The notes: generated by a model from the letters alone, not told the origin. A stretch of 64,000 nucleotides of DNA from Clostridia bacterium (GCA_017416205.1 JAFQDC010000007.1:6022-70021); one strand, 5' to 3'. Shown: positions 1 to 11,143, counted from the first letter of the stretch. Numbers and translations are program-made.

Positions 1-41
1 ACGGTTCGTCTGTCACCGCACAGCCCGTTGGAGATAGCGCG

Positions 42-1037
42 ATGCTTATGAGCACCGACAAGGTTTCCTTCGGAACGTCTGACTTGGAAAAGATTGAGGT
101 TGATGTAGGCAGCGTTGTTAAAGTAACCTACAAAGGCGATGTTATGGAATCTTATCCAGCTCAAGTTCATGCGACAAGCTGGAAGTTGTCTGATGACCTT
201 CACCATTTGGAATATACAGAACAGTGGCTTGATAAAGCAACTGCCGAGAAGTATGACCACAACATATTTGATCATATTAAAATAACGAAGATCTATTCCA
301 ACTGTTTCTTCGCCAGAACGGTTATCCCTATGCCATATGAAATCAAGCTCAACGGTACATTGTCGGATGAATGGTGTGTAGGCGACCAAGTAACTGCAAC
401 TTATTCCAATGTCTATTATGACCAAGAGAATCAGCGCGTGGAATGTGATTTCACATCGGTTGAAGCAAGTGATTGGCAACCGGATCCTAACGCAGCATAC
501 AAGCCGGTTATTTATCTGTATCCCGAAAAAGAAATGGGCGTGTCTGTTGACTTGACTCTTGATGGCAAACTGACCTGCACTTATCCGGCATATAACAATG
601 GTTGGACTGTAACAGTAGCTCCCGATGGTACGCTGACTGATGCCAATGGACAGACTTATAATTACCTCTACTGGGAGGGCGAAACCTATGCACAGTATGA
701 CCTCACAAAAGGTTTCTGTGTAAAAGGTGAAGATACCGCAGCTTTCCTTGAGGATGCTCTGGATAAACTCGGTCTTACCCGTCGTGAAGCAAATGAGTTC
801 ATTGTATACTGGTTGCCGATGATGGAGCAGAACCCATATAATATCATTTCCTTCCAGACTGACATTTACGCCGACGCAGCACAGCTCGAAGTAAATCCTG
901 CTCCTGATACGTTGATTCGTGTCTTTATGGCTTGGCAGGCATCCGAGACCGTTGTGGATCTACCTGAACAGGAATTGACCGCACCTGAACGTAACGGCTT
1001 TACTGTTGTTGAATGGGGCGGTACTGAATTGAAATAA
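42..1037 (+). CDS. hypothetical protein, possibly 5'-truncated by the window edge
   Basis: 331-aa ORF. The same frame stays open back to nt 3 (GSSVTAQPVGDSA precedes the first Met), so the true start may lie upstream. An SD-led ORF follows closely. No family recognised. Confidence 0.5.
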   Translation: MLMSTDKVSFGTSDLEKIEVDVGSVVKVTYKGDVMESYPAQVHATSWKLSDDLHHLEYTEQWLDKATAEKYDHNIFDHIKITKIYSNCFFARTVIPMPYEIKLNGTLSDEWCVGDQVTATYSNVYYDQENQRVECDFTSVEASDWQPDPNAAYKPVIYLYPEKEMGVSVDLTLDGKLTCTYPAYNNGWTVTVAPDGTLTDANGQTYNYLYWEGETYAQYDLTKGFCVKGEDTAAFLEDALDKLGLTRREANEFIVYWLPMMEQNPYNIISFQTDIYADAAQLEVNPAPDTLIRVFMAWQASETVVDLPEQELTAPERNGFTVVEWGGTELK

Positions 1038-1049
1038 GGAGGCAGCGAT

Positions 1050-1448
1050 ATGAAGATTAAAAAGAGTCTCTTTATAGCATTACCTCTTGTTGCATTGATA
1101 CTTGAACTGCTTCCATACGGAGTTGTTCTGAACTTTGCAAATCCCGATGGCGAACCGTGGCGCAGGACATATTCCTATTTCAGACTGACACCATACGGAT
1201 ATGCAAACTTCGGTCCGTTGATCACTGCCATACTGACTTGTGTTTTGCTCGTGTTGGTGGTTATCTATCTGTTCAAGCCACGAAAGGGACTGAACACCGC
1301 TATTTTGAATGTTGCTGGATTTGCAACCGCAGCATCCCTTATGCCGCTGATGTTTGGATTTGATTACGTTACGGTAATCGGTGTCATTATTACCTTACTT
1401 CTATCAGGGACTTTTGGAATTTGTTTTATTAAAAACAGGAGAGTCTGA
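1050..1448 (+). CDS. small integral membrane protein
   Basis: AGGAGG at 1037-1042, 7 nt before the ATG. 132 aa with about 4 hydrophobic spans. A terminator follows at 1562-1592. Confidence 0.6.
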   Translation: MKIKKSLFIALPLVALILELLPYGVVLNFANPDGEPWRRTYSYFRLTPYGYANFGPLITAILTCVLLVLVVIYLFKPRKGLNTAILNVAGFATAASLMPLMFGFDYVTVIGVIITLLLSGTFGICFIKNRRV

Positions 1449-1561
1449 GAGATTAAGCGCTGATACAGATGGAGTTGAAAAAGAAATAGTATAATTGTGA
1501 GAGTTCGAATTCATACGCAAAACTGCTGAAAATATCTTTTTTGTAGCCCATAGACAAAAAG

Positions 1562-1592
1562 AAAGCAACCCAATCGGGTTGCTTTTCTTTTT
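1562..1592 (+). terminator. rho-independent terminator
   Basis: AAAGCAACCC / loop AATC / GGGTTGCTTT (10-bp perfect stem), followed by TCTTTTT. Confidence 0.6.
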
Positions 1593-1655
1593 ACCTGAGA
1601 AAGATTTGAGCCGAGTGCCGAGCACCGGCAAGATCAGTCATATATTTACCAACTC

Positions 1656-1684
1656 TTGACAAACATATCTATATTTGATATACT
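1656..1684 (+). promoter_or_regulatory. sigma-A type promoter for the erm leader transcript
   Basis: TTGACA (1656-1661), 17-bp spacer, TGaTATACT extended -10 (1676-1684). Lies about 40 nt upstream of the leader ORF. Confidence 0.5.
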
Positions 1685-1721
1685 AACAAGGTAATTAAAA
1701 TTTTAGGAGATTAAACACTTC

Positions 1722-1748
1722 ATGTTTGTCATTCGTACTCGTAACTAA
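1722..1748 (+). promoter_or_regulatory. 8-codon leader peptide ORF (MFVIRTRN) of the erm attenuator
   Basis: ATG 1722 preceded by AGGAGA (1705-1710). The stop TAA at 1746-1748 directly abuts the 5' arm of the terminator hairpin. The peptide contains R-T-R. Confidence 0.55.
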
Positions 1749-1797
1749 GCGCAAAAATTCCCAATTTTTCATTTAAGGGGATTTTTGCGCCTTTTTT
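1749..1797 (+). terminator. attenuator (intrinsic terminator) between the leader ORF and erm
   Basis: GCGCAAAAATTCCC (1749-1762) pairs with GGGGATTTTTGCGC (1777-1790), 14 bp with one G-U. A 14-nt loop, then CTTTTTTG. Confidence 0.6.
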
Positions 1798-1829
1798 GCG
1801 ATTACGATTAACAAATGAGGTGTTTTTTT

Positions 1830-2609
1830 ATGTCCAAAAATCAAAATAATAATATTCCGTATACAGTTTCACAGAATTTTCTGACTTGTCGAAAAACCAT
1901 TGACCGATTGATACGAATAGCACGACTACAAAACAGCGATACCGTTTTGGAAATAGGCGCTGGAAAAGGCCATATAACCAATGCTTTATCCGATAAGTGC
2001 AAAAAAATAATATCTTATGAAATAGATAAGCATTTGTATGACCGCTTAAAATATCAGATTAGCAGTAATGTTTGTTTACGCCATGGCGATTTTCTGAAAT
2101 GTCGCCTGCCGCACGAACAATATAAAGTTTTTGCCAACATTCCTTTTTCAATTACAACAAGTATCATAAACAAACTAACAACTGCAAATCCTCTACCACA
2201 AGGAATGTGGGTGATTATGGAAAAAGGCGCGGCAAAACGTTTTTGCGGGAAGCCCAAAGAATCGTTGAATTCTTTACTTATTAAGCCGAAATATGATACA
2301 AAAATTGTATATCACTTTCGCCGTGAAGACTTTCACCCTGCACCAAGTGTAGATGTAGTCATGTTAGAATTCCGAAAGAAAGAGAAAGATGATGTGTCAT
2401 CTGTTCAATGGAATGACTACTGTATGTTTATTCAACACAGTATGAAATACGGTATTTTCGGAAAAAATGCGTTACTGACAAAAAAACAAATAGACACAGC
2501 CTTGAGATTGGAGGGCTTACCTAAGATAGTGCCATCGGATGAAATATTATATATCCAGTGGTTCTGTCTGTTTCGATGTTGGCTACGTTGGGGGAAACGC
2601 ACAAAATAA
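1830..2609 (+). CDS. erm: Erm-family 23S rRNA (adenine-N6) methyltransferase
   Basis: SQNFLT motif, SAM site LEIGAGKGHIT and NIPFSITT motif. About 259 aa, collinear with ErmB/ErmC as I remember them. GAGGTG at 1817-1822 lies 7 nt before ATG 1830. The track start at 1815 lacks an SD. Confidence 0.85.
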   Translation: MSKNQNNNIPYTVSQNFLTCRKTIDRLIRIARLQNSDTVLEIGAGKGHITNALSDKCKKIISYEIDKHLYDRLKYQISSNVCLRHGDFLKCRLPHEQYKVFANIPFSITTSIINKLTTANPLPQGMWVIMEKGAAKRFCGKPKESLNSLLIKPKYDTKIVYHFRREDFHPAPSVDVVMLEFRKKEKDDVSSVQWNDYCMFIQHSMKYGIFGKNALLTKKQIDTALRLEGLPKIVPSDEILYIQWFCLFRCWLRWGKRTK

Positions 2610-2636
2610 TACTAATTTTTAACTAATAGATTTAAT

Positions 2637-2672
2637 AATCGACATTCTTCCAAAGAGGAATGTCGATTATTT
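2637..2672 (+). terminator. putative terminator after erm
   Basis: AATCGACATTC / 10-nt loop / GAATGTCGATT (11-bp perfect stem). The T tract (ATTTGC) is weak. Confidence 0.45.
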
Positions 2673-2827
2673 GCAATTGCTAACACTTTGTAGTTTACGC
2701 CTACTTGAACCACTAATACTTAACACAAAAAGAGAATCACATCACAAAACAGGATATGGACATATGCGACCTTTTCGGATAAAATACAGACAGAAGCTTC
2801 TAAAATCATTAAAAAGAGGTAATTAAT

Positions 2828-3754
2828 ATGTCTAACGTATTTGCCGAAAATTTAAGAAAGCTCCGACTTTCAAAAAAGCTCACGCAGGAGCAGGTTGCAG
2901 AACACCTCGGTGTTACAGTGCAGACAGTTTCGCGCTGGGAATGCGGCAATGCTCTTCCCGACGTTCTCAGACTTCCCGAAATAGCAAAGCTTTACTGCGT
3001 TACGGTTGATGATTTTTATAAATCAAATTCCATAGCATATGCAAATTATGCGGAGCGGCTTTTATCTGTTTATGAAAAGACAGGTCTACCTGAGGATTTC
3101 CTTGCAGCTGAAATTGAATTTCAAAAAATGATCAAGCTTGAAAACATGACAATGAGAGATATGTACAACTATGCAAATCTTAACGATCAGATGTATATAA
3201 ACTCTCAAAGGAAAGCTCTTGACTGGTACGATAAGATCCTTGCAAGAGATCATACAGAGGACCCACTCTCATACTATAAAGCACTTGACTTTAAAATAAG
3301 GATTTCGCACGAAAGCGGAGACGGATACGAAAAACTGATCCCTTATCTCAAAAAAAGAGTTGAAAGAGACAGAAACAATCCTAACGAATGGCAATCACTT
3401 TGCGAAGGTCTCTATTACTGTGAACGCTATGAAGAACTTGATGAAACTCTCAGAGAAGCGATCAAGCTTTTCCCCAACAATGGAACTCTTTATATTCAGC
3501 TTGCCTCAGTACACGAGCATTACGGTCGCTATGATGAAGCTATAAAGTGCTACGAGAACGCCGAAAAGCTTGATACCGAGAAGCACAACGAGATTTTCTG
3601 TAAAGCGGTCTCCTACGATATTTACATGGGTGAATATGAAAAATCATATAACACATGGCTGGAGCTTGCAAAGCTTTACAAAAACGAAGGACTTGACGTT
3701 GACGCAGAAATGGCTATGAGAGAAGCTGAAGCTGTAAAAACAAAAATCAGATAA
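2828..3754 (+). CDS. XRE-family HTH regulator with TPR-like C-terminal domain
   Basis: N-terminal HTH_3 signature LRKLRLSKKLTQEQVAEHLGVTVQTVSRWECG. About 240 aa of helical repeat follow (YYKALD, YIQLASVHEHYGRYDEAIKCYE). Confidence 0.75.
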   Translation: MSNVFAENLRKLRLSKKLTQEQVAEHLGVTVQTVSRWECGNALPDVLRLPEIAKLYCVTVDDFYKSNSIAYANYAERLLSVYEKTGLPEDFLAAEIEFQKMIKLENMTMRDMYNYANLNDQMYINSQRKALDWYDKILARDHTEDPLSYYKALDFKIRISHESGDGYEKLIPYLKKRVERDRNNPNEWQSLCEGLYYCERYEELDETLREAIKLFPNNGTLYIQLASVHEHYGRYDEAIKCYENAEKLDTEKHNEIFCKAVSYDIYMGEYEKSYNTWLELAKLYKNEGLDVDAEMAMREAEAVKTKIR

Positions 3755-3763
3755 ATACTTCTT

Positions 3764-3795
3764 GAAGCACACCTTTCGGTGTGCTTCTTGCTTTG
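3764..3795 (+). terminator. rho-independent terminator
   Basis: GAAGCACACC / TTTC / GGTGTGCTTC, followed by TTGCTTTGG. Begins 10 nt after the stop codon. Confidence 0.55.
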
Positions 3796-3952
3796 GCATA
3801 AAAGATTTAAACCTCAACAAAGCGATTAGTCCTATCTCCTTCTATACTCAGGAGTAAAGAATCAGTACCTTATCTTCCTACAGTCAATGGGTACTTGTAA
3901 ATACGGGTTGAAATAGAACATCATTGGCTTTAGTCACATTAACTTTAAAGAG

Positions 3953-3987
3953 AAATGGGCAGTCACAAATACAGTGACTGCCCATTT
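3953..3987 (-). terminator. putative terminator of the gap/XRE-TPR transcript
   Basis: AAATGGGCAGTCAC / AAATACA / GTGACTGCCCATTT (14-bp perfect stem), 20 nt beyond the minus-strand stop at 4008. The U tract is poor. Confidence 0.4.
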
Positions 3988-4007
3988 CAATTGATATTAA
4001 TATGTTT

Positions 4008-6061
<2,054 letters not shown>

Positions 6062-6230
6062 TTATATTTTGTATCCTCATTATATCATTGCAGATACATA
6101 AAAACAATAACTGTACAATAGAACCGTTTTCTCTTACGGAGAGAATCATTCAATTAGCGATATATTAACATTGTTGAAATGAGTGATGTACACAAGTAAC
6201 ACGAATGCCAAGAAAATGAACAGTAAAATA

Positions 6231-6259
6231 TTGAAAAACAAATTATAATACGATATAAT
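6231..6259 (+). promoter_or_regulatory. sigma-A type promoter of the GTPase-NYN gene
   Basis: TTGAAA (6231-6236), 17-bp spacer, TATAAT (6254-6259). Lies about 33 nt upstream of the GTG start. Confidence 0.5.
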
Positions 6260-6291
6260 GAAAAAGTATATTATGGGAAGGAGGAAATGCT

Positions 6292-8877
6292 GTGAAAAAG
6301 AAGATCACAATAGGAATTTTAGCTCACGTTGATGCGGGTAAGACCACCCTCAGTGAAGCGCTGCTGTACGCATCCGGAAGAATACGTACCCTCGGCCGTG
6401 TGGACCATAAAAACACGTATCTTGACACGAATACCATTGAACGTGAGCGCGGTATCACTATTTTTTCAAAGCAAGCACGTTTTTCAAGCAAAAACTGCGA
6501 TTTCATCCTCCTTGATACTCCCGGTCACGTTGATTTTTCAGCGGAAACTGAGCGAACACTTTCCCTTCTTGACTACGCAGTGCTGGTCATCAGCGCCTCC
6601 GACGGCGTACAGAATCATACCCGTACTCTCTGGCAGCTGCTCGAGCACTATAACGTTCCTACCTTTATTTTTGTTAATAAATGCGATATTTCAATAAAGC
6701 TGAAGGAAGATATTGAAAAAGAGCTTTCGTGCATTCTTTCTCCTTTATGCGTTGGATTTTTAGAGCTTCAAAAGCGAGATGAACTGGAAGAAAAGTTAGC
6801 TTTCGTTCACGAGGATTTTATGGAAAGCTTTCTTTTGGGTGATGGTATTGACGACAGGGATATTGCATATCTTGTCAGCAGCCGTAAGCTGTTCCCTTGC
6901 CTGTTCGGCTCTGCTTTGCGAATGGACGGGATTGACTATTTGCTTAACACTTTAGATAAATACACACTCTCCCCTGTCTATGACAATGATATTTTTGGTG
7001 CGAAGGTCTACAAAATTTCGCGCATTGGTCAAACCAGACTGACTTATATGAAAATAACCGGCGGTACACTCTCCGCCCGCGACGAGATAAGCTATCTTTC
7101 CGAAGATGGCGTCCGTATAACCGAAAAAGTAAGCCAGATAAGGCTTTACTCAGGGGATAAGTTTGAACAGACTGACACCGTATCGGCAGGTGAGATCTGC
7201 GCTGTAATTGGCCTTTCTTCTTCCTACGTGGGTCAGGGCCTCGGACTTGAGCAGGATACTCAAAAGCCCTTACTTGAGCCTGTACTGTCCTATGCTATCA
7301 ATCTTCCGCCCGAGTGTGATACACGTGTATTCTTTCCAAAGCTTAAAGAGCTTGAGGAGGAAGAGCCTTCCTTGCACCTTATGTGGAACGATGAGCTTTC
7401 ACAGATCGAGGTTCGCCTTATGGGTGAGGTACAGACAGAGCTTATTAAAAGGCTGATAAGCGACAGATTTTCAATCGATTGTACTCTTGGCCAGGGTAAA
7501 ATATTATATAAGGAAAAGGCCGCAGGAAAAGCTATCGGTGTCGGTCACTTTGAGCCGCTACGCCACTATGCTGAGGTTCAGCTGCTTATTGAGCCTCAGC
7601 CTAAGGGTACGGGACTGATATTTGATACAAACCTGCCCGATAATATGCTTGACACAAACTGGCAAAGACTGATCCTTACCCATCTTTACGAAAAAGACCA
7701 CCGAGGTATTCTTACAGGAGCACGTCTCACTGATACGAAGATAACTCTTGTAGCAGGCAAGGCACATCTGAAGCATACCGAGGGCGGTGATTTCCGCGAG
7801 GCAACCTACAGAGCGGTAAGACACGGCCTTATGAAGTCGGGATGCACTCTTCTTGAGCCATATTACAAGTTCAGACTTGAAGTGCCCTCCTCTATGGTGG
7901 GCAGGGCTATGTCTGATCTGCAAGCAAGATCTGCAGATTTTGAGCTTGAGGATTCTGACACGGAAAATACCGTAATATGCGGAACAGCGCCTGTTGCAAC
8001 ACTTCACGATTATCCGCGTGAGGTGATCTCATACACCCATGGCAAAGGCAGACTTTTCTGTACATCAGACGGCTACGAGCCCTGCCACGATCAGGAAGAT
8101 ATTATTGCTGCCTCAGGCTACGATCCCGAGGGAGATATTGACAACCCTCCCCACTCTGTTTTTTGCGCACAGGGTGCAGGATTTACCGTACACTGGAGCG
8201 AGGTAGACAGCTACAAGCACCTTGAAGTCGATCTGAAAGATTCCGACGAAGCCATAGCAATTATACCAAAAGCTTCAACTCTTGCACGTAAATACAGCAT
8301 TAGCGATGAAGACCTTGAAGCAATAATGCTACGCACGTACGGTCCCATCAGGCGCAAGCGGTACAGTGAGCCAAAACAGATGTCCTTTGACAAAAAGGAT
8401 AAGCCACGTAAGTCAAAAGCTATACGCTCGCAAAGAAACATGGTAATCATTGACGGCTACAATCTCATATACTCTGACGATGTATTAAAAAGCACCGCGG
8501 ATTTCAGTCTTGAGAAAGCACGTGATGATCTTATGAATATACTCAGCAATTACGTTTCTTATACTAAAACTGAGCTGGTGCTTGTCTTTGATGCTTACTT
8601 AGTTGAGGACGGCAAGGGGACGGAATCTATGCACGATGGCTACAAGGTAGTTTATACCAAAGAAAATGAAACCGCTGACACGTATATTGAAAAATTGATG
8701 TATGATCTCGGTCCGGATTACAGTATACGAATGGTAACCAACGACAGGCTTTTACAGTTTTCAGCAGTACATTCAGGAGTTTCACGTATGACTGCTAAGG
8801 AATTCCTTGAAGAGCTTACACGCATCGGTAACGAAATAAACGAATTTGTACGTAAGCTTTCAGAATGTAAGAGTTGA
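6292..8877 (+). CDS. Tet(M)/Tet(O)-like translational GTPase fused to a YacP/Rae1-type NYN ribonuclease domain
   Basis: AGGAGG at 6279-6284, then a GTG start. G1 AHVDAGKTT, G2 RGITI, G3 DTPGH, G4 NKCD. The N-terminus reads like Tet(M). The C-terminal 145 aa carry IIDGYNLIY, LVFDAY, YTKENETADTYIEKL and VTNDRLLQ, as in B. subtilis YacP/Rae1. One uninterrupted 861-aa frame. Confidence 0.85.
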   Translation: MKKKITIGILAHVDAGKTTLSEALLYASGRIRTLGRVDHKNTYLDTNTIERERGITIFSKQARFSSKNCDFILLDTPGHVDFSAETERTLSLLDYAVLVISASDGVQNHTRTLWQLLEHYNVPTFIFVNKCDISIKLKEDIEKELSCILSPLCVGFLELQKRDELEEKLAFVHEDFMESFLLGDGIDDRDIAYLVSSRKLFPCLFGSALRMDGIDYLLNTLDKYTLSPVYDNDIFGAKVYKISRIGQTRLTYMKITGGTLSARDEISYLSEDGVRITEKVSQIRLYSGDKFEQTDTVSAGEICAVIGLSSSYVGQGLGLEQDTQKPLLEPVLSYAINLPPECDTRVFFPKLKELEEEEPSLHLMWNDELSQIEVRLMGEVQTELIKRLISDRFSIDCTLGQGKILYKEKAAGKAIGVGHFEPLRHYAEVQLLIEPQPKGTGLIFDTNLPDNMLDTNWQRLILTHLYEKDHRGILTGARLTDTKITLVAGKAHLKHTEGGDFREATYRAVRHGLMKSGCTLLEPYYKFRLEVPSSMVGRAMSDLQARSADFELEDSDTENTVICGTAPVATLHDYPREVISYTHGKGRLFCTSDGYEPCHDQEDIIAASGYDPEGDIDNPPHSVFCAQGAGFTVHWSEVDSYKHLEVDLKDSDEAIAIIPKASTLARKYSISDEDLEAIMLRTYGPIRRKRYSEPKQMSFDKKDKPRKSKAIRSQRNMVIIDGYNLIYSDDVLKSTADFSLEKARDDLMNILSNYVSYTKTELVLVFDAYLVEDGKGTESMHDGYKVVYTKENETADTYIEKLMYDLGPDYSIRMVTNDRLLQFSAVHSGVSRMTAKEFLEELTRIGNEINEFVRKLSECKS
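8437..8874 (+). other. NYN (YacP/Rae1-like) nuclease domain inside the 861-aa ORF
   Basis: Region from N716/M717 to the C-terminus. Conserved Asp positions are retained in DGYN, FDA, ETAD and TND. Preceded by a Lys/Arg-rich linker. Confidence 0.75.
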
Positions 8878-8946
8878 TTTGACTTAGCGATAACTATAGA
8901 AAGCAATCGTTTTTTGTGTTATACTGTTTATGAAAGGTGTGATAAT

Positions 8947-9690
8947 TTGATACATAAGGAATACAGACAAAAAGCTAACGGTGCTGATACTGCTGTCCTG
9001 TTTATACACGGAATCGTAGGAACACCTAATCATTTTATTCCCTTCTATCATTTAGTACCTAACAATGTTTCTCTTTACAGTATTCTCCTCGACGGTCACG
9101 GCAAGGATCCAAAAGATTTTTCTAACACTTCCATGAAAAAATGGGAAAGTCAAGTCCGTGGTATAATCGATGAACTGTGTGAAACCCACGACAATATTTA
9201 TATCATCGCTCACTCCTTGGGAACGCTTCTTGCTACAGAACAGGCTATATGCAACAAAAAGATCAAAGGACTCTTTTTCCTTTCTATGCCAATCACCGTA
9301 TTCGTAAAACCTTCTATGATACCCACCGCTCTCAGCGTTTGTTTGGGTAAACCTAACCCGAATAATAAATCAGCAATAAGCGCAGCTAACTGTTACGGAA
9401 TTGAACCAAACAGAAACTTGTTTCTTTATCTCAAATGGATACCGAGATTTATTGAACTCCTTTTCAAAGTAAAAAGCACAAGAAAGATACTTTCCAATCT
9501 GGAAACGCCGTGCGTATCATATCAGTGTCTTCTGGACGAGGTCGTATCTCCACGGTCCATAAAGTATTTAACAAAAAAATCAAATATTACCGTAAAAGCG
9601 CTGCCTGACTCAAGCCATTACTATTATGGTGACGAGGATATGAATACACTTCTCAAAGATATTAAACGGTTTATGGAATTTGAGCAATAA
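8947..9690 (+). CDS. alpha/beta hydrolase (esterase/lipase-like)
   Basis: HGIVGTP oxyanion region and nucleophile elbow AHSLGT. The start is uncertain. In-frame TTG 8947 follows AAAGGTG (8933-8939). The track start TTG 8914 lacks an SD. Confidence 0.65.
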   Translation: MIHKEYRQKANGADTAVLFIHGIVGTPNHFIPFYHLVPNNVSLYSILLDGHGKDPKDFSNTSMKKWESQVRGIIDELCETHDNIYIIAHSLGTLLATEQAICNKKIKGLFFLSMPITVFVKPSMIPTALSVCLGKPNPNNKSAISAANCYGIEPNRNLFLYLKWIPRFIELLFKVKSTRKILSNLETPCVSYQCLLDEVVSPRSIKYLTKKSNITVKALPDSSHYYYGDEDMNTLLKDIKRFMEFEQ

Positions 9691-9766
9691 TATATTTAAC
9701 TCAACTTTATGACATCAAAAGACTATGGAGAACATGAAAACTGTTAATAGACAGATTTTGTCATTA

Positions 9767-9795
9767 TTGCATTTTTTAAAGAAATTTGTTACAAT
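9767..9795 (+). promoter_or_regulatory. sigma-A type promoter
   Basis: TTGCAT (9767-9772), 17-bp spacer ending in TGT, TACAAT (9790-9795). Confidence 0.5.
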
Positions 9796-9822
9796 GTGAT
9801 AGAATTTGTACTGGGAGGATTT

Positions 9823-11106
9823 ATGGACGTTAATTATAAAAACAAAAAGCGATATAAAACCGCGAAATACCCCATAAGACAGCCCATATACATTATGTGG
9901 CTCATTTGGTTTCTCTCTAAGATACTGCTTATAGGCAAGAAATACAAGGTTGAAAAGATAAACATGGAAGGACTTAAGCCCCCATACATTCTTCTCAGCA
10001 ATCATCATTACTTTATAGACTTTGAGCTTTGCGCTCAGCTCACTTACCCTCACAGAGTAAACAACGTTGTAAGCATTGACGGATATTACCGCCGCCCGTG
10101 GCTTATGGAATGGATCGGTGCTATCTGCACAAGAAAGTTTACCAACGATATGCACCTTATCAGATCCATAAAAAAGGTTCTTGCCCGCGGCGATATTCTT
10201 TGTATGTACCCTGAAGCAAGATATACCCCCATCGGTACTCTAGCCTTCCTTCCCGACTCAGTCGGTATGCTTTGTAAGATGTGTAAGGTTCCCGTTGTCT
10301 GCGTAGTTCACCACGGAAATCACCTTCATTCTCCATTCTGGAATTTCAGAAAGAAGAGAAAGGTCCCCCTGCATACCACAATGACAAAGATACTCACTCC
10401 TGAGGAAATGAAGGAAATGTCCTACGACGAGATCAATGCACGTATCAGAGAGGCTATGACCTATGATGAGTACCAGTATCAGAAGGATAACGGTATTCTC
10501 ATTAATGAACCATTCCGTTCAGAAGGACTTCACAAGGTACTTTATCAGTGTCCTCACTGTATGACAGAATCCAAGATGGCATCTGAGGAAAGCGAGCTCT
10601 TCTGCAAGGAATGTAACAAGCGTTGGCGTCTTAACGAGGACGGTACTCTAACAGCCCTTTCCGGTGATACGGAATTCTCTCACGTTCCCGATTGGTTTGA
10701 ATGGGAGCGCAGTCAAGTGAAAAAGCAAATTGATGAGGGCACGTATTCTTTCTCTGATGAGGTGGACGTATATTCCCTGCCCCGTTGTTGGAGATTCGAG
10801 CACATCGGTAAGGCTACCCTCACACATGACATTGAAAACGGCTTTACCCTCAGCGGTCACTACAACGGAGAGGACTATCTTATTCACAGAGATCCTCTTG
10901 AAACAAACAGTCTTCACGTTGAATATGATTATTGCTACATAAAGCCCTTTGACTGTGTTGATATCTCAACCGAAAACGACTCTTTCTACTGCTATCCTGT
11001 AAAGGAAAACGTTATAACAAAGCTTGCCTTTGCCACGGAAGAGATATATAAGAAAAAGTATGCTCAGATAAGACGACCCGAGCGAAGGATCAGAGAAAAA
11101 GCATGA
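9823..11106 (+). CDS. PlsC-family acyltransferase with C-terminal zinc-ribbon-containing domain
   Basis: HX4D motif (NHHYFID) and YPEARYT block. Later CPHC...CKEC. ATG 9823 is preceded by GGGAGGA. The track start GTG 9796 sits inside the -10 region. Confidence 0.7.
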   Translation: MDVNYKNKKRYKTAKYPIRQPIYIMWLIWFLSKILLIGKKYKVEKINMEGLKPPYILLSNHHYFIDFELCAQLTYPHRVNNVVSIDGYYRRPWLMEWIGAICTRKFTNDMHLIRSIKKVLARGDILCMYPEARYTPIGTLAFLPDSVGMLCKMCKVPVVCVVHHGNHLHSPFWNFRKKRKVPLHTTMTKILTPEEMKEMSYDEINARIREAMTYDEYQYQKDNGILINEPFRSEGLHKVLYQCPHCMTESKMASEESELFCKECNKRWRLNEDGTLTALSGDTEFSHVPDWFEWERSQVKKQIDEGTYSFSDEVDVYSLPRCWRFEHIGKATLTHDIENGFTLSGHYNGEDYLIHRDPLETNSLHVEYDYCYIKPFDCVDISTENDSFYCYPVKENVITKLAFATEEIYKKKYAQIRRPERRIREKA

Positions 11107-11107
11107 T

Positions 11108-11141
11108 AAAAGCTCCTTGCAAGTTTTTGCAAGGAGCTTTT
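11108..11141. terminator. bidirectional terminator between convergent genes
   Basis: AAAAGCTCCTTGCA / 6-nt loop / TGCAAGGAGCTTTT (14-bp perfect stem), with A and T runs on either side. Confidence 0.65.
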
Positions 11142-11143
11142 CA

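Noticed and set aside
3755-4007. Small ORFs between the two convergent XRE-TPR regulators that might encode RNPP-type signalling peptides (MGTCKYGLK at 3886, MGSHKYSDCPFQLILICF at 3955, MMFYFNPYLQVPIDCRKIRY on the minus strand).
   Set aside because: None has a properly spaced SD, a signal sequence or another export signal. One lies inside a terminator hairpin. There is not enough support to call a peptide gene.
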